Below are positions 12,695 to 32,080 of a stretch of 64,000 bases of DNA, piece by piece. The DNA is from Tubulanus polymorphus (Eukaryota; Animalia; Nemertea). How positions within the stretch are numbered: position 1 is the stretch's first letter; each line of letters starts with the position of its first letter. A program made the translations under genes and the position numbers. Below the pieces are notes generated by a model. The model saw only the letters and a list, made by a program, of their open reading frames with translations. It was not told where the DNA came from and made no database searches. The stretch lies in NCBI RefSeq assembly GCF_964204645.1, contig NC_134025.1, positions 10,602,001 through 10,666,000 of the forward strand. The letters are read 5' to 3'.

Positions 12695-14811
12695 TAGTTT
12701 TCAAATTTTGCGATATAAATTTGACAGAAGTGTGCATATACTATAGAACTATCATTGCTGCCTTATAAGTTTTGAGGCTTTCGTACAAATCGTAACTTCG
12801 AATCGAAATTCAAGAAAAAGAAATCGAGTATCTACTTTACAAGGTGATAGTGTTTTGATTATACCGTGAAAGCTATACAGACTTGTACAACACAGAAGGC
12901 TTATATTCATGGAACAATGAATCCATGCTTTTAAATGGTTTGATATACACGGGGAGCACCATCGAAGATATAACTAACCACTGAAGAAAAGAACACCAAA
13001 TACAGTTAAGACAAATAATGACTTTTTTGTGTACACACACGCAAGTGTATAGATGTTTTTATCCCTCCCGATAAAAGAAGACAATAATATAGATACGATT
13101 ACATGTGTTGAATTTCTACATAATTACACGAAGTTTAAACTAAAACAGAACCCAACGATTCTCATACATACACTAATACAAATCGTGTGAATATGATTTT
13201 AATCAATTTATATACAAAAGAAGTAATACGAAGAAATTATTTATGAGTCTGTTTTTTAATTTCGTTACGTCTAAGCTAAGACGGCTATTTTTTTCTTACA
13301 CAATTTCGACGCCGAAGCCGAATGTCGCATTCGTCAATTGGAACAGACAATATACTGATATATAATGATAATAAGATATATCTTACGTTAGGAAATAAGA
13401 AAAAAAAATGAATTATAGCCATTCAAACCCCACAGCAAAAATTACTAAATAAATGTCCATTATAGGAAAACGAAGAAGATACATGCATAAAACGTCTTTG
13501 AGTACGTAAGAACTCGGCTCTCTCTCTCTCGAGTTTTTCTAAACTTGCAGCAGTATTTGCATAGTTTAAGGCATTCGGGTGCTAATACTGCGACGAAATA
13601 TATCGGTAGAACGCGACGAAATGGACGTTTTTGATCTTTCTTTCGACGCCATTCGTCACACACCGAAGCAGATGTTCTTGTCATTTTTTGTGTAGATTAT
13701 CTACTATTGTTTTTCTCACAATTTTCCATGCAAAGAGTACAAAAATGCATTCGTCAAACTTATACGAAGAAGTCCCTGATATAATACTCTTAAATATGGA
13801 TTAATATAAACATAAACATGTATATCATACATCATGTCTTAGAACAATGGATAATATAAATAGCTTAATATGTTTCTAGGCTATTTTGCCAGTCAAAGAA
13901 CGCATCAGCACCACATTTCAACTGAAATATACATTTTGAGATTGAGTTTCGACATTAGTGCCGTGTCCCTTTCTAGGTGCGAGTTCAAGGTCGCAATCAG
14001 TTGGTATAGAAGAAAATTTTAACTCACAACTTTTTTGGATCGGAACATTGATGGCGTTGGTGGTTTACAAAATCGCGCTCGCACATATGCGATCCATTTT
14101 TATCAAAACACTGCACACAGCTGGTGGAATGTTGGTCGGTTCATATAAGTTATCGATGACATATATATAAAAAATACTAATCGCTAATCTTCAATTCAAT
14201 TCGATTGAAGGCGTGTTTCATAATACACGCTCAATGGCTTATAGTAGTAAAACGCTTCATGTTTCATAAATAGATCGCTTTGATTTTATATGTATTGATT
14301 CTTTACGATAATGATATGTTCTCTTCCTGCGATGTTCTACGACGACCGTTTATAAAAATACAAAATTACCGAAATTACAAATCGATATTTTAAAAAGAAT
14401 TGTTCCCTCTATCGCGCGGCCGACATTTTACCGAGGTATGTATATAATAGGCATGTTGGCATTGATAACATTTTTCTGCGCATACAAAATATACGCCAGG
14501 GCTTTTCGGTTTTTATTCCCACGATAAGGTGTTGATACAGAAAACTTAGACCTGCATGCACTCGACGCCCCGGGAAAAGGTGGTTTTTGTTACATCATTA
14601 AACATAAATATGTACTGTATAAATGCACTTGGCTGCTGTGTGTTCATATAACACGGATATAAAATACAAAGTAGGTGTGACAGATCGAACTGTGTGTGTA
14701 TACCGTGTTGATCGTATAGATCAAAGGCGCGTTATTATGGAAGATGATTCATAATCTATCGAATAGCATAAGTTATATATAAGCGATTACGCGTTTTGGT
14801 GGTACATATTT

Positions 14812-14813
<2 letters not shown>

Positions 14814-14844
<31 letters not shown>
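14814..14844. repeat. (TA)n microsatellite
   Basis: TA run seen directly. Confidence 0.9.
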
Positions 14845-14848
<4 letters not shown>

Positions 14849-15236
14849 CAAAAAAATTGCCGACTGTCCATATATACTATATAATGATGGAGCATATAGG
14901 CGTGATTGTGTATTGTATAAGTGGAGAGATTACGTGCCCTCGTCTATCATTCATACTTAATTCGACAGTCAATTCTTTTGTTTTTCTTCAATTCACTCAA
15001 TTCAATTGTCCCTGAGTTCGTCATTTTTCGTAAATAGATCGCAACATTTTGATCGTGGCTGCTGCAGCTACCGATTCCTGACGTACGCGCGCGGTAACGT
15101 CGCGCATACGAGGGAAAGCGAGAGACAGTTTTTACAGTTTTTTTATGGATGGAATGTTCCCGATGATGATTTTTCGCTCTTTGAACACCACGCAAAATGA
15201 AATGTTCGTCTGCTCCGGGAGTGTAGTTGTTTTCTT

Positions 15237-21631
<6,395 letters not shown>

Positions 21632-21859
21632 TGATCTATGGTCACAGTAAAACTATATATACTTCCACAGGATTATTCAACCCGAGCCGCGTCGCCAAAC
21701 TGTCCTGAATACAACAGAAACCGTCGCTACCTTAACTTATCAGCTGATAACTCCGATCTAGTACAGTCTACTATATCAGACCGGGGGATACAACTTACTA
21801 ACATTAATGATAACATTAAGATGACTATACAAGAAGAGAGCGAAGTGTACCCTACGAGC

Positions 21860-22000
21860 GATAGAGCATTGTATCCCACATCATTCTCGCTGCTTTGTGC
21901 TTTTACTAAACTCTCTGACTACTCTGACATGACATCATCAACGAACTCCATTCAACGCTTCCGATTTGCAGTTTGATTGTTATTGCTACGGTGAGTCATC
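21860..22000 (-). promoter_or_regulatory. Putative core/proximal promoter of the DUSP10-like gene
   Basis: TATA-like TTTAGTAAAAG on minus (~21900-21910), ATF/CRE-like TGACATCA (~21930) and AP-1 TGAGTCA (21992), about 270-370 nt upstream of the ATG. Confidence 0.4.
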
Positions 22001-22700
22001 CACTTCGTGAGCGTTCGGAATCTCGTCGGGTTCTCGCTAGTGCTCGTCAATTGCCGAGAGCCAACCTGTTGCTAGTTATTACTCATACCTCTTTCTCTCC
22101 CTAACGCGCACACAAAGGCAATAAAACGGCGAATTTACGAACGCACCCAATTCTAAAAGAACCTGTACGAAAATTAATTCATAAACCTCATACACACGAT
22201 ATTAGGATCGTTATCGGTTATTTGCTTGTAATTTCTTCTTCTTTTTATTTGAATTTGATTATTCCGATTATGAATAATCAATGGTTCTACAATGAGTCGA
22301 ATGATCGTCGAACAGGGGAAATATTTCGAAATGTATCGGTCAATTTCCCTTCTCTTATTCGTCATGGTTTATACGGAAAACGTTTGAAAGAATCATGTCC
22401 TAGAACACGTCAACCACAGCCACGTCGGTTCGTTCCAATCCGCTCCTCATGTTACTCAATACGGAAGATGTATCATGGAAGCGGGAGAATGATGAATAAG
22501 AAGTATTTATTCCCCATCATCATCAATGGCCATACAGTTTATTAATATCGCAGTGGGAAATACGCACATCAAAATGTGACGTGTGTTACGGGTCTAAAGA
22601 CTTTTTCCGGAAGTCTGTTAATTCGCCTGAAGTGGCTTTCGTTCCAGTTAATTCGTTTTCGAACATACAATTGCATTTTCAATCCGGCATTGCATTTACG

Positions 22701-22961
22701 CAGGGCGGATCCTAGCGAGGGTGCCAGGAGGTGCTGTTTCCTAAAAGTGTCAAGTTGCCCTGAAATTATACGGGAAAATGAAAAACATCAAATCAATACT
22801 TTAAAAAAAAGTTTAAATTCATAAGCTTGTTCTCTTTATTTCCAAAAAAATGAGTAAATGTTTACGATAATATTTCTTTTCGGTGTGCCCTTTTGATTAT
22901 TATGATATGCCGCATTTCGGCGATGCACCCTCTCTGAATCAGACCCCTAGATCTACCCCTG
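22701..22961. mobile_element. MITE of the AGGGGCGGATCC family
   Basis: Inverted termini cagggcggatcctag...ctagatctacccctg. Confidence 0.55.
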
Positions 22962-25900
22962 GTTTATGTATCAAACGTGATATGTTCGCTTCTTTTTTTG
23001 AGCCCGTACAAAGAAATAACGTAAACTTTTGAACAAAATGCAAAATGGATGAGTCATAACGACGTAAACGTAGATTTTACACGTGTTGCTATGAAAGCGC
23101 ATACACATGCACGCGCACGCTCGACGAATCGTCACCAGGTACTATACACTAGATTATAGTTACTTCAGGTACACTTGCTGAAGTTTTCAGACCGTTATTT
23201 CTGCACCAAGCTGACGATCATTTTTACCGGGGCTTTATTTAATGGTTTGGGTGCTCGATCATCATCTCTAGATCGGTGACACATCGATTCGGCCACGCGA
23301 CTACAATAGATGTCACAAGAACAATAGCAGTTGTTGTGAGTCATTTGGGTTTACACGCCGCAGCTGTGTCAGGTCCGCGCGTTACTGTGCGCGGCGGTAC
23401 ACACAGCGTATCGGGCAGAGCTTTTCAACGACTCTCCCGTCGTCGCAATCGAAAAGATAAAATCCACTTTATGAATTAATATATCCACTATATCGCTTGT
23501 GTTTTCAAAACAAGGTAAATTCAACGTCGGGTGTGACTCAGCGTGCGCGCGCGCGCGGATATATCTCAAATCAGACAGCTTATAAATGAAAAAATCAATT
23601 TGACCAAAGGCAGCTGTGACACGCTGATCTCGTAGTATGATACCGAAATGAATTAAATAAAGAGAGAATGGTCGATTTTCATGATTGTAAATGATAAACC
23701 GATTTTCTAGTAATAACAGAAAAGTCGGTTTCGCGTATTCAATACCGGGTTATGAGAAAAGAAAAACGTCATTTCCCTTTGTTACTAACGCGTTGAAAAG
23801 CCGAAGTTTACCTATCATCAAAAGACGAATTCGTATTTAACATCTGGTCATGGTTTTGTCCGCGCACCGTGAGTCACCGACGCGCGCGCGTGCGTGCGTT
23901 CAAAACTTCCGCGCAGTGTTTTTGCGTATTTTTAACTTCGAAAACGATGAAGGATGAGCAGTCATCTGAAATCGTTCGTCGGCTTCACAATTCAAATCGC
24001 GCCTCGATATTGTACGCGCAGTCGTTCGTTACAAATTTTCACATCTCTATCATCCGGAAAAAACAGAGATCCCATATGCTTAAAAGTCCACCCTACAAAA
24101 TTCATATTACAGAAAATTTTCGAAGGCATTAGCAAAAGTAAGTTTTTATAGAATCCGTACCCTACGTATATACTTTTTCTAAAATGAAATAAAACAAAAG
24201 GACGATATGAAAAGAAATACGAATGAAATGAAATATCCCTCTACAAGTTTTGCAAACAAGTTTGTGATTTTATTTGAAGAAAGGGAGGAGAAAAACGAAA
24301 ACCGAATTTTTGCGGGGAAAACCCGCAAAAATTTCAGCTTTTGGTTTTTTCCAGTGATGATCAGAATATTGTTATTATTTTTTGAACTGGAAACCGACAA
24401 GTTGCCTATAAAACTGTCGCAACGGAGATGAAATATCATTTTTCGTAAAAAAATATTTTGGTTAACGTGTTTTTTCAGCTTGTCCAAATATGGGCATTCG
24501 TGGTGATTATTTGCATTGCTTATCAAGTTTCAAACTTGGAATATGCATTTTATAAGTAAAGCGCTGACCCGTAGGTTTTGAAAATAACATATGCGGAATA
24601 TCTCGTTTATAGAACGGTAAACACTGAGAAATAATTACAATTATGATGAGTAATGACACGCGTTGGATTTTGTCGTTTCGCGGTGTGGAGTTTACGGATT
24701 GCAATGCGGGCAGACGACAGGCATTGTTTCAAGACCGCGTTGACGCGCACTTTCAGTAATCACCGCTGATGAAATGACTCACCTATAAACACAAAGAACA
24801 TTAGTTTAATGTAACGAAGATGTTGTCATTTAATTACTAGGTGAGATATCCTTGGTATAGGTGATCAATCGGACAATACCAATCTAAAGTGGATGGCCGC
24901 TGATTTGCGCGCGCGTGAATCACCCGAAATTTGATAAAAAATGTTGATTAACAACAAACATTCGATTATCTGACCAATCATTGGTTACCGACCACTTTCC
25001 GTGTTTATCAACTTATCTTTTAAGAACTTGTTTGAATAGAAAAGCAATAAACTATCGCATAATTAAATAATCTACTGTATTTATTTCACTATTATCAAAA
25101 ATAAAGCAGAAAAATTTACAACTTCTAAAAAAGTATGTTAACCATCAATCATTGGTGGCCAATAGCGCACAAGTCGTATACATTTCTATTCTAATATTGA
25201 TTTAAGCCATGGGTTTTCTTTCGTGTAGATATCGTCACCAAAATCATGGTTTGATTTGTTGGTAGCATAGTTTCTTTATAATCGACGGGTCTTATCTCGG
25301 TCTACCCGATAAAAAGAAGAGAAAAACAATTCAATCTTGCCGAATACCCAAAGTGTTACTCAGCGGGTCGAGGGATAAGAAGATATCGAAATAAGTCGTC
25401 TTAAAAATGACCCCAAGATTTTGACCGCGACGACATGCGACAACGCGTAGTGTAGTTGAATTGTCATTTTTGTCACCGATTCCTGATGTGTCATTCATTG
25501 TTTAGTCACAGCGACCGGCGACAATGATTAACAATTAGTCATAGCTTTTCTTTGATAAACCATTTCATCAATTCTATTTTATTCATAAAAAGATACGCAG
25601 ATGCCGGTTGGCTGGTAGGCTGGTAGGCTGGTTGCCGGGTTGTCCCAAAGCGACTGGTAACGGTCCAAACCGCTGTGTGGAGAAGGGGCTACACCATTAT
25701 TATTGTTTTCAGTTAAAACATATTTCTTTTTATCCTTGAGGAATGTGATGAGCATTAAAAGGTCATATAAAATAATACTGAAAAATTGTATTTTGAATAT
25801 TGTTCTCGCTTAAAGTTAATTTTGATTTTGTGTGTGAATCTTCTGGCTTCACACATGTAACACCGTTGAGGTACCGTCATTTGCATTCACAAGGACTTAA

Positions 25901-26473
25901 AACAAATCATCTTCTTTTTTCTCTCGGCGTTAAACGAAAACTTAATTCGTTAATTCGAAGTTAATTCGATTTATCGATTTATGTAGGCTACTCCGATTGA
26001 TTACTTTTAAAACTTCAATTAGACAGTCTTAATTTAAAAGAAAAACCCGGTGAACCTCGAGAATCTCAACTATCTGAAACTATGAGCAAGGCACAAAGCC
26101 GCCCGTTACAAAATGTTCTTCTCATAGCGCCTTCGACCACTCAAACTATTACGAATTATGTACAGTTAATGAATATGACAGCATTAAAGTGTACTATTCT
26201 CTTGAAAAAAGCAAATTTATGGCAGCCCGCTTATCTTAATGATAACCATATCAACTTCAAATTCAAAAGATTTTTCCAGAAATCCCGAGTCAAACGATGG
26301 TCAGATTAGTAGCGCGCGCTGATTCGCTACGAGGATGGCTCGTATACTAGGGCCATCTAACGGTAAACACTGCTAACGACGCGCCTACTAAAACGATACA
26401 AAATCCATCTTTCCATACCGGTACACTGTTACAAAAAGAGATCAAGATTTCCATATCCCCAGATTTGCAGCCG

Positions 26474-28613
26474 TATGGGCGGCCATTCCCGCCAAAAATC
26501 AGCGTTTCGTCTATTTGTCTGTACTTTGACAAAATGTCATAGTACACCGTCAAAATGTGTTAGCGTAACGTCAAATTGTGTAATGCGGCTAAATAACACA
26601 GGGGGCGACACTGTACGGACAGTATTTTGCGGTATTTTTCTCGCATTGCGATCATATCAAGATCGTTTTATTGAAATAATTTTGCTCGTATCAAATCGAC
26701 AAATCGTATCATATTACCTAAACCCAATAAAATGATTTTATTGTTACTTTAGTTAGTTAATACTATAATATATAGTAATAATGTACGGTAAAATAGCGGA
26801 AGTAAATACTTTGCCGTAAACCTATGGAAGCCCTGAGACGACATCTTGAGTTCATGAGTTCCGAGTTCATAACTTCCTGAGTTCTCAAGTTCATGAGTTC
26901 GTCTAATGAAAAAAGCCTGCGATACCGAAACGTCGAATATAAACACGATGCTCTATCAGACCCGCGTCTCAGGCTTAGACGATACTGAATAACCAGCGAT
27001 CAATGGTATGTTGAAGGGCGCTTCCGTTCCTCCTCTGGTAGGTAGCTCGGATTTTCTGTGCTCGGGCTAGAGAGAAGGGTGACTCCGAATAACCGGTGAC
27101 TCTCGATGAATCTGCTCGGGTTTTAATGATGAAAAAGATAACAAACGCTCGTTATGAGAAATTTTTAAATATCTATTTATTTTCTATAAACCATCAAGAA
27201 AGCTGATGTCTGATGATAGACTGGTTGCCGGTCGACTTCATATGACTGCCAGTGCAGAATTGGGCACAGTCAACCAGTCTTGGTTGATGCGGGACATCAT
27301 TTTTTAGTTAATTCATGACGTAATCGGATTTAACATCCTTATAATAGGATTCTTTATGTCGCATAATTTCATAGTGTTGTACATGCCCAAATAAACTCGA
27401 AATATCATAAACTCTGGAAGTTATGAACTGGGGAACTCATGAACCCAAGGTGTCGTCTCAGGGCTTCCATACAGGGCGGGCCTCCATACCTGAGACGACA
27501 TCTTGAGTTCATGAGTTCCGAGTTAACTAATAAAAGTAATAATAAATTCATTTTATTGGGGTTAATAGTATGGAATACCTCAAGGGCCATACGACTTACG
27601 AGTTACGTTTTACGACTTACGAGTTACGATTTACGTTTTACGAGTTACTTATACATTTCCTTGAATATTCGTTACGACTTCCGTTTTATGAGTTACGAAT
27701 TACAACTTAAATACGTTTAACGAATTACGATTTACGAGTTAAGTGTTGGAGTTTCGGTTCGCAAGAGTTCAAGGACAGTGGCCACGTGGTAGGCATTTCA
27801 CTGTGTGGGTGTAATTATTAGACGAATAACTGTAACGATGATGGATGGCTGTATGCGGCCCAGTGTTTTCAAAAAATAAATACATTTTTTCTATATTGAT
27901 GAATCTTGTTCTAATTATTAAAATCATTTCCAGCTAAGATCTACATATTGAAATATCGTCTATTAAAATCATCGTGCACGTAACGGGACAGTCATCAGTC
28001 AGTGTGAAATGTATTGTAAGCATTTAATAGATTTTGAGAAGGTTCGCACAGCAGATGGCCAACGCGCAGATTTTCTGCCCTGTAATAGCCCACTGCAGTC
28101 GAGATTGATTCACTATGTACAATAAATTACTCTTATTATGCTGTTTGAAATGACAATTCGACTTCATTTTGAAACCCGTTCTTTGAATTTAGCGCGCTTC
28201 GGATATCCGAAGCCAATTAGTGAAAAACGTGTAATTCGTAAAACGCAAGTCGTAAAACGTAAGTCGTAACGTATTGTAGGAAATGTATTAGTAACTCGTA
28301 AAACGTAACTCGCAAGTCGTAAAACGTAACTCGTAAGTCGTATGGCCCTTGAGGTATTCCATAGGTTAGGGAATATGATACGATTTGTCGATTTGATACT
28401 CGCAAAATTATTTCAATGAGACGACCTTGAGATGATCGCAAAGCGAGAAAAATACCGCGAAATACTGTCCGTACAGTGTCGCCCCCTGTGTTATTTAGCC
28501 GCATTACACAATTTGACGTTACGCTTACACATTTTGGCGGTGTACTATGACATTTTGACAAAGTACAGACAAATAGACGAAACGCTGATTTTTGGCGGGA
28601 ATGGCCGCCCATA
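26474..28613. mobile_element. Nested foldback/MITE complex with long inverted repeats
   Basis: Inverted pairs: 26474-~26720 with ~28368-28613; 27569-~27710 with ~28225-28363; ~26823-26900 with ~27405-27471; ~26722-26760 with ~27521-27561. No transposase ORF. Confidence 0.85.
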
Positions 28614-29408
28614 GCCGTACAGAGCGACAGGAGTCATCCGCATATCATCAAATGATTTAAACATTACATCTATCGGAAGCTTCTTACCTCTTGAATGCCG
28701 GCTTAGAAATCTAGATTACAGCTAGCTTTATCATCGAGAAATTTCTTTTACTACCGTTTCATTTGAATTTAACTTATCTGAGATAACCATTGTCTTCAAC
28801 TACTGGTACCTCAACTCCTGGTACCAAAAAGATTCTGTTTACTGTTCGCGACCTTTATTCTGTCGGAGCCATCCTCATATGGTTCATGTATCAATTTCTG
28901 TTGTATGCGTATATATATTTTTGTTTAATGGTTATTATTTGTAAATAAATCATTGCGCACTACAGTAAGCCTTGCGTAAGTCGAATCTTTTGGGACCAAG
29001 AAAACTGGTAAACTCGGAAGTGACGGGCAGATTTAGAGGTTAGTCCGGGGGTCGAAGTGGCCTTTTTCGTCAATTCAAAGGTGCCTAAAACCTGCAGATT
29101 TGACTCATCCTCCGAAAGCTTTTACTTCAAATAAACAATGTCTTAAGTACTATCCATTGAATTGTCGTTTTCGTTGGTAACTTTCAAATTTAACCCATCA
29201 TTCAATTCAACTGATTTCTATGAAACCGGGACCCGACTTATAAAAATCACAGACAAAATAGACTTAATGTGAATAACATCAATAATTTATTATAGATTGC
29301 AATCAAATATTCTCTCACAAAATACTCTTTCAATTGAAGATTCTTTCCACGGCTTATACATATATTGGTGAAACCTGTAGGTAAGTTGTTGCATTGCTGC
29401 AATTTTAA

Positions 29409-30849
29409 TTACTTCGAAGCCGCTGGTTCGTTTTTTGCCTTCTGGTATCTGGCACAAAATTCGCCGACTATTTCGGGGATGTCAACGTTCAAGTATCTCT
29501 CGATAGCGCTGAAACTGACTAAATTATCGCTTTTCGACGAATCGTTCGCGAAGAATTCGAGAGCTTTCTTCAATCGTTCCCCTCTGATGCCATTCGACTC
29601 CAGATAATTGGTCATATCATCCCGATCGACGCCTTCGTTTTCGATCGTTTTTGACTCCCAATTGGGCTTCACTTTACTTCTGAAAAAATACGTTGTATTC
29701 AAGATTAAATGTTATCTCTTTATTGTGGACTCCAGGCATCAGACCGTAGAAATGTACTACAAGTTAACAAGAGTTCACACACATCAAAAATATTCCAGTT
29801 TGAATTTAGTAGCTTTAAAGATAAAAGTCTATTCATTCTATTGATTCCAACAATCTATCTAATTCTAAGAATCTATCGCATCGAAAGAGTGTTTATTGCA
29901 CATTTCAAACGTATTGCAGTTTTATTAGAAATCAATAGAATTGACCGAAATATCTTGCATTGACGAAATGTTCTTGAAAAATCGCCAAGTGGGGATTTTT
30001 GCCTAAATTTTGAAGATTTGGGGACTTTTACCTACAACCGAATAGGTAATTGAGTAAAGACAAGCACAAGTACTTACTTCATATAGTTCGACATGTATTC
30101 AACTAATGATAACGTGTGGTTCTTGTCTCCATCGTCGCTCGACATCATTTCCTGTTTTAAAATAAAATCGAAAAATCGTGGTTATCGTCATCAAAATGAC
30201 AGTCATCAATGACTGCGTTGATCTGGGGTGTTGAAGCGGAACGAAAATTGAAAATAATCTGTTTTTGTAAAAATAATTTTGATATTCGATCAGAAAGCAA
30301 TGTCTCAGGCAAACACCGGGGCTGGTCTCAGGGGTCCGGACCCCTGCCTGCCCATCAAGGTTGTATAATACGTTTAATTTGTTTCGGTTGTTAGCCGGGA
30401 ACTAGTCAAGTAGAACGATCTAAAATAATAACACACGTATATGGTACAAGATGATTTCTGGATGACGAACTGCTTTATTTTGCGACCAAGTCGAGAATGA
30501 CCAGTATGACCGAAACGGTTAATGTCCCCTGGTCACTCCAGACTTGGACCCATCCAAAAATCCCTTGTCCTGATTGGATACATGTCGAGTCCTAGCAAAA
30601 GTCGGGGGGTGTCCTCATAGAAACGCGCTAATTAAAGATTGCTCCGCTCCGCTCTACTCTACTCGCATATTAATATCTTACTTCTATCTCCTCTCCAGGG
30701 ATAAATTGCAACAATTCTCCTTTGGTGAGTTCACCGTCGCCATCGTCCGCGAGCTCGAAGAAGTTGACCACTCTTTTCAGCGACATGAAAGTCATCGGCG
30801 ATAAGGCGTACATGTCTGGAAGCGGCTTAAAAACGTCAACTGGTTTCAT
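29409..30849 (-). CDS. Small EF-hand calcium-binding protein, 170 aa, 3 exons
   Basis: Exons 30849-30682 (MKPVDVFKPLPDMYALSPMTFMSLKRVVNFFELADDGDGELTKGELLQFIPGEEIE), 30151-30078 (EMMSSDDGDKNHTLSLVEYMSNYMK) and 29679-29409 (SKVKPNWES...AASK*). GT-AG introns in phases 0 and 2 give an open 513-nt frame. Two EF-loop-like motifs; minus-strand AATAAA at ~29286. Confidence 0.8.
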
Positions 30850-31768
30850 TTTTCTTCTAGTTTGTGCTGCGCGACGTGATGACCGACCGAAATCTCGATT
30901 GAAAGTGCAGTTAGCCTATTAAAACTGCTCCCCGATATATAGGCCTACACAGTACTGGTTGGGCACGAATGAGCAGTCCCTACGCGTACTGAACGTTTCG
31001 TCGGTGACAGCTGTGTCTAAACCCGCATGACCCGCACTAACCTGTCAATGACTCGGTCGATAGTTCATGGATTTGTACTCGAAAAATAAAAACATAGAGA
31101 AATTCATTATACCTAGTTTATTAAAGCTTACAATCAACATAGAAACGTAGGCCTTGGAGATCAGGCTAATGAATTGAATCGCTAGTTGTAAGACAAATAG
31201 GATTAAAATAAATACGACTCCGAAATGTTTCTTTGAGCTAGTTTTCGACCTGTCGACTAATTTCCTAACAGTCCTTGTCATGTATCCTGTATCTTTCTCA
31301 AAACGGAGGGCACAGTGTTACGTGTTTTTTCTTCCCTTTTATCTTTGTATACGTTTAACTGCATACGTATCTTATTTGTACTCCAACCATTTCCATGGCA
31401 TATGGAGGAGAATATATACGTTGTTTACAACATACTATTTACATAGTATTACCGGAGGGATCTATAAGCATCTAGACCTAATTTGACCCTAAATTTAGCC
31501 AGCTTCAAAGTTGGATTTTTTAAAACATAAAGGTTCCGAAAGGTATTTGATTTTGAATTTAAGTAGTTTTTACTTGCCGAAATGCTGCAGTTCGTCGCCT
31601 AAAACGTTTAGATTTAGATTTAGATATTCATTTTTCGTAAACCGCACATACAATATGATCGTATAATTTTTTTTTCTCATAAATACATGATGTAGGTTTC
31701 GAGGGATACAGTGCGAGCCGAAAGGCTGTACTTAAAAATTAAGGCACTGAAACCCTGTGCATAGTGCA

Positions 31769-32080
31769 TTATTGGTGCAATTGTGTACAAAAGAGATATA
31801 GTAGTAATAATTTACAGTCAGAAGAGAGCCCTAGGTTTAGGTTTTCAACATCAATAGTTAATTTGTCATTACACGCAACAGACCGTCTTGGTTTATAGAG
31901 TACACATTTAGTTTTTTCCAAGTTTAGTGTAAGTTGCCGATTGGCGTTGAACCAGACAATGATAGTTTTGAGGTCGTGCTTAGTGTTTTGAAAAAGTTTG
32001 GCAATATTCTTAACTGTTTTCAACAGATTCGTATCATCCGCAAAAGAGATAGCCCTTGAGTACTTCAAATTGTGATTCAA
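31769..32080 (-). mobile_element. Decayed non-LTR retrotransposon (LINE) reverse transcriptase fragment
   Basis: ISFADDTNLL (RT catalytic F/YADD) and IVWFNANRQLTLNLEKTKCVLY (W..N.L.LN..KT motif typical of CR1/L2/Jockey-group RTs). Confidence 0.8.

Larger units (their letters stand above)
12290..15236 (-). other. Probable long (~2.9 kb) 3' UTR of the DUSP10-like gene
   Basis: AT-rich stretch with no credible ORF after the stop codon. Minus-strand AATAAA (tttatt on plus at ~12305), AU-rich ATTTATTTA (~13446-13454) and TGTATATA elements (~12467, ~13209). The end point is inferred. Confidence 0.5.

Noticed and set aside
26475-26735. Near-identical ORFs MGGHSRQKSAF.. at 26475(+) and 28612(-) suggesting a duplicated gene
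   Set aside because: They are the two arms of an inverted repeat, with no protein-like features or splice structure.
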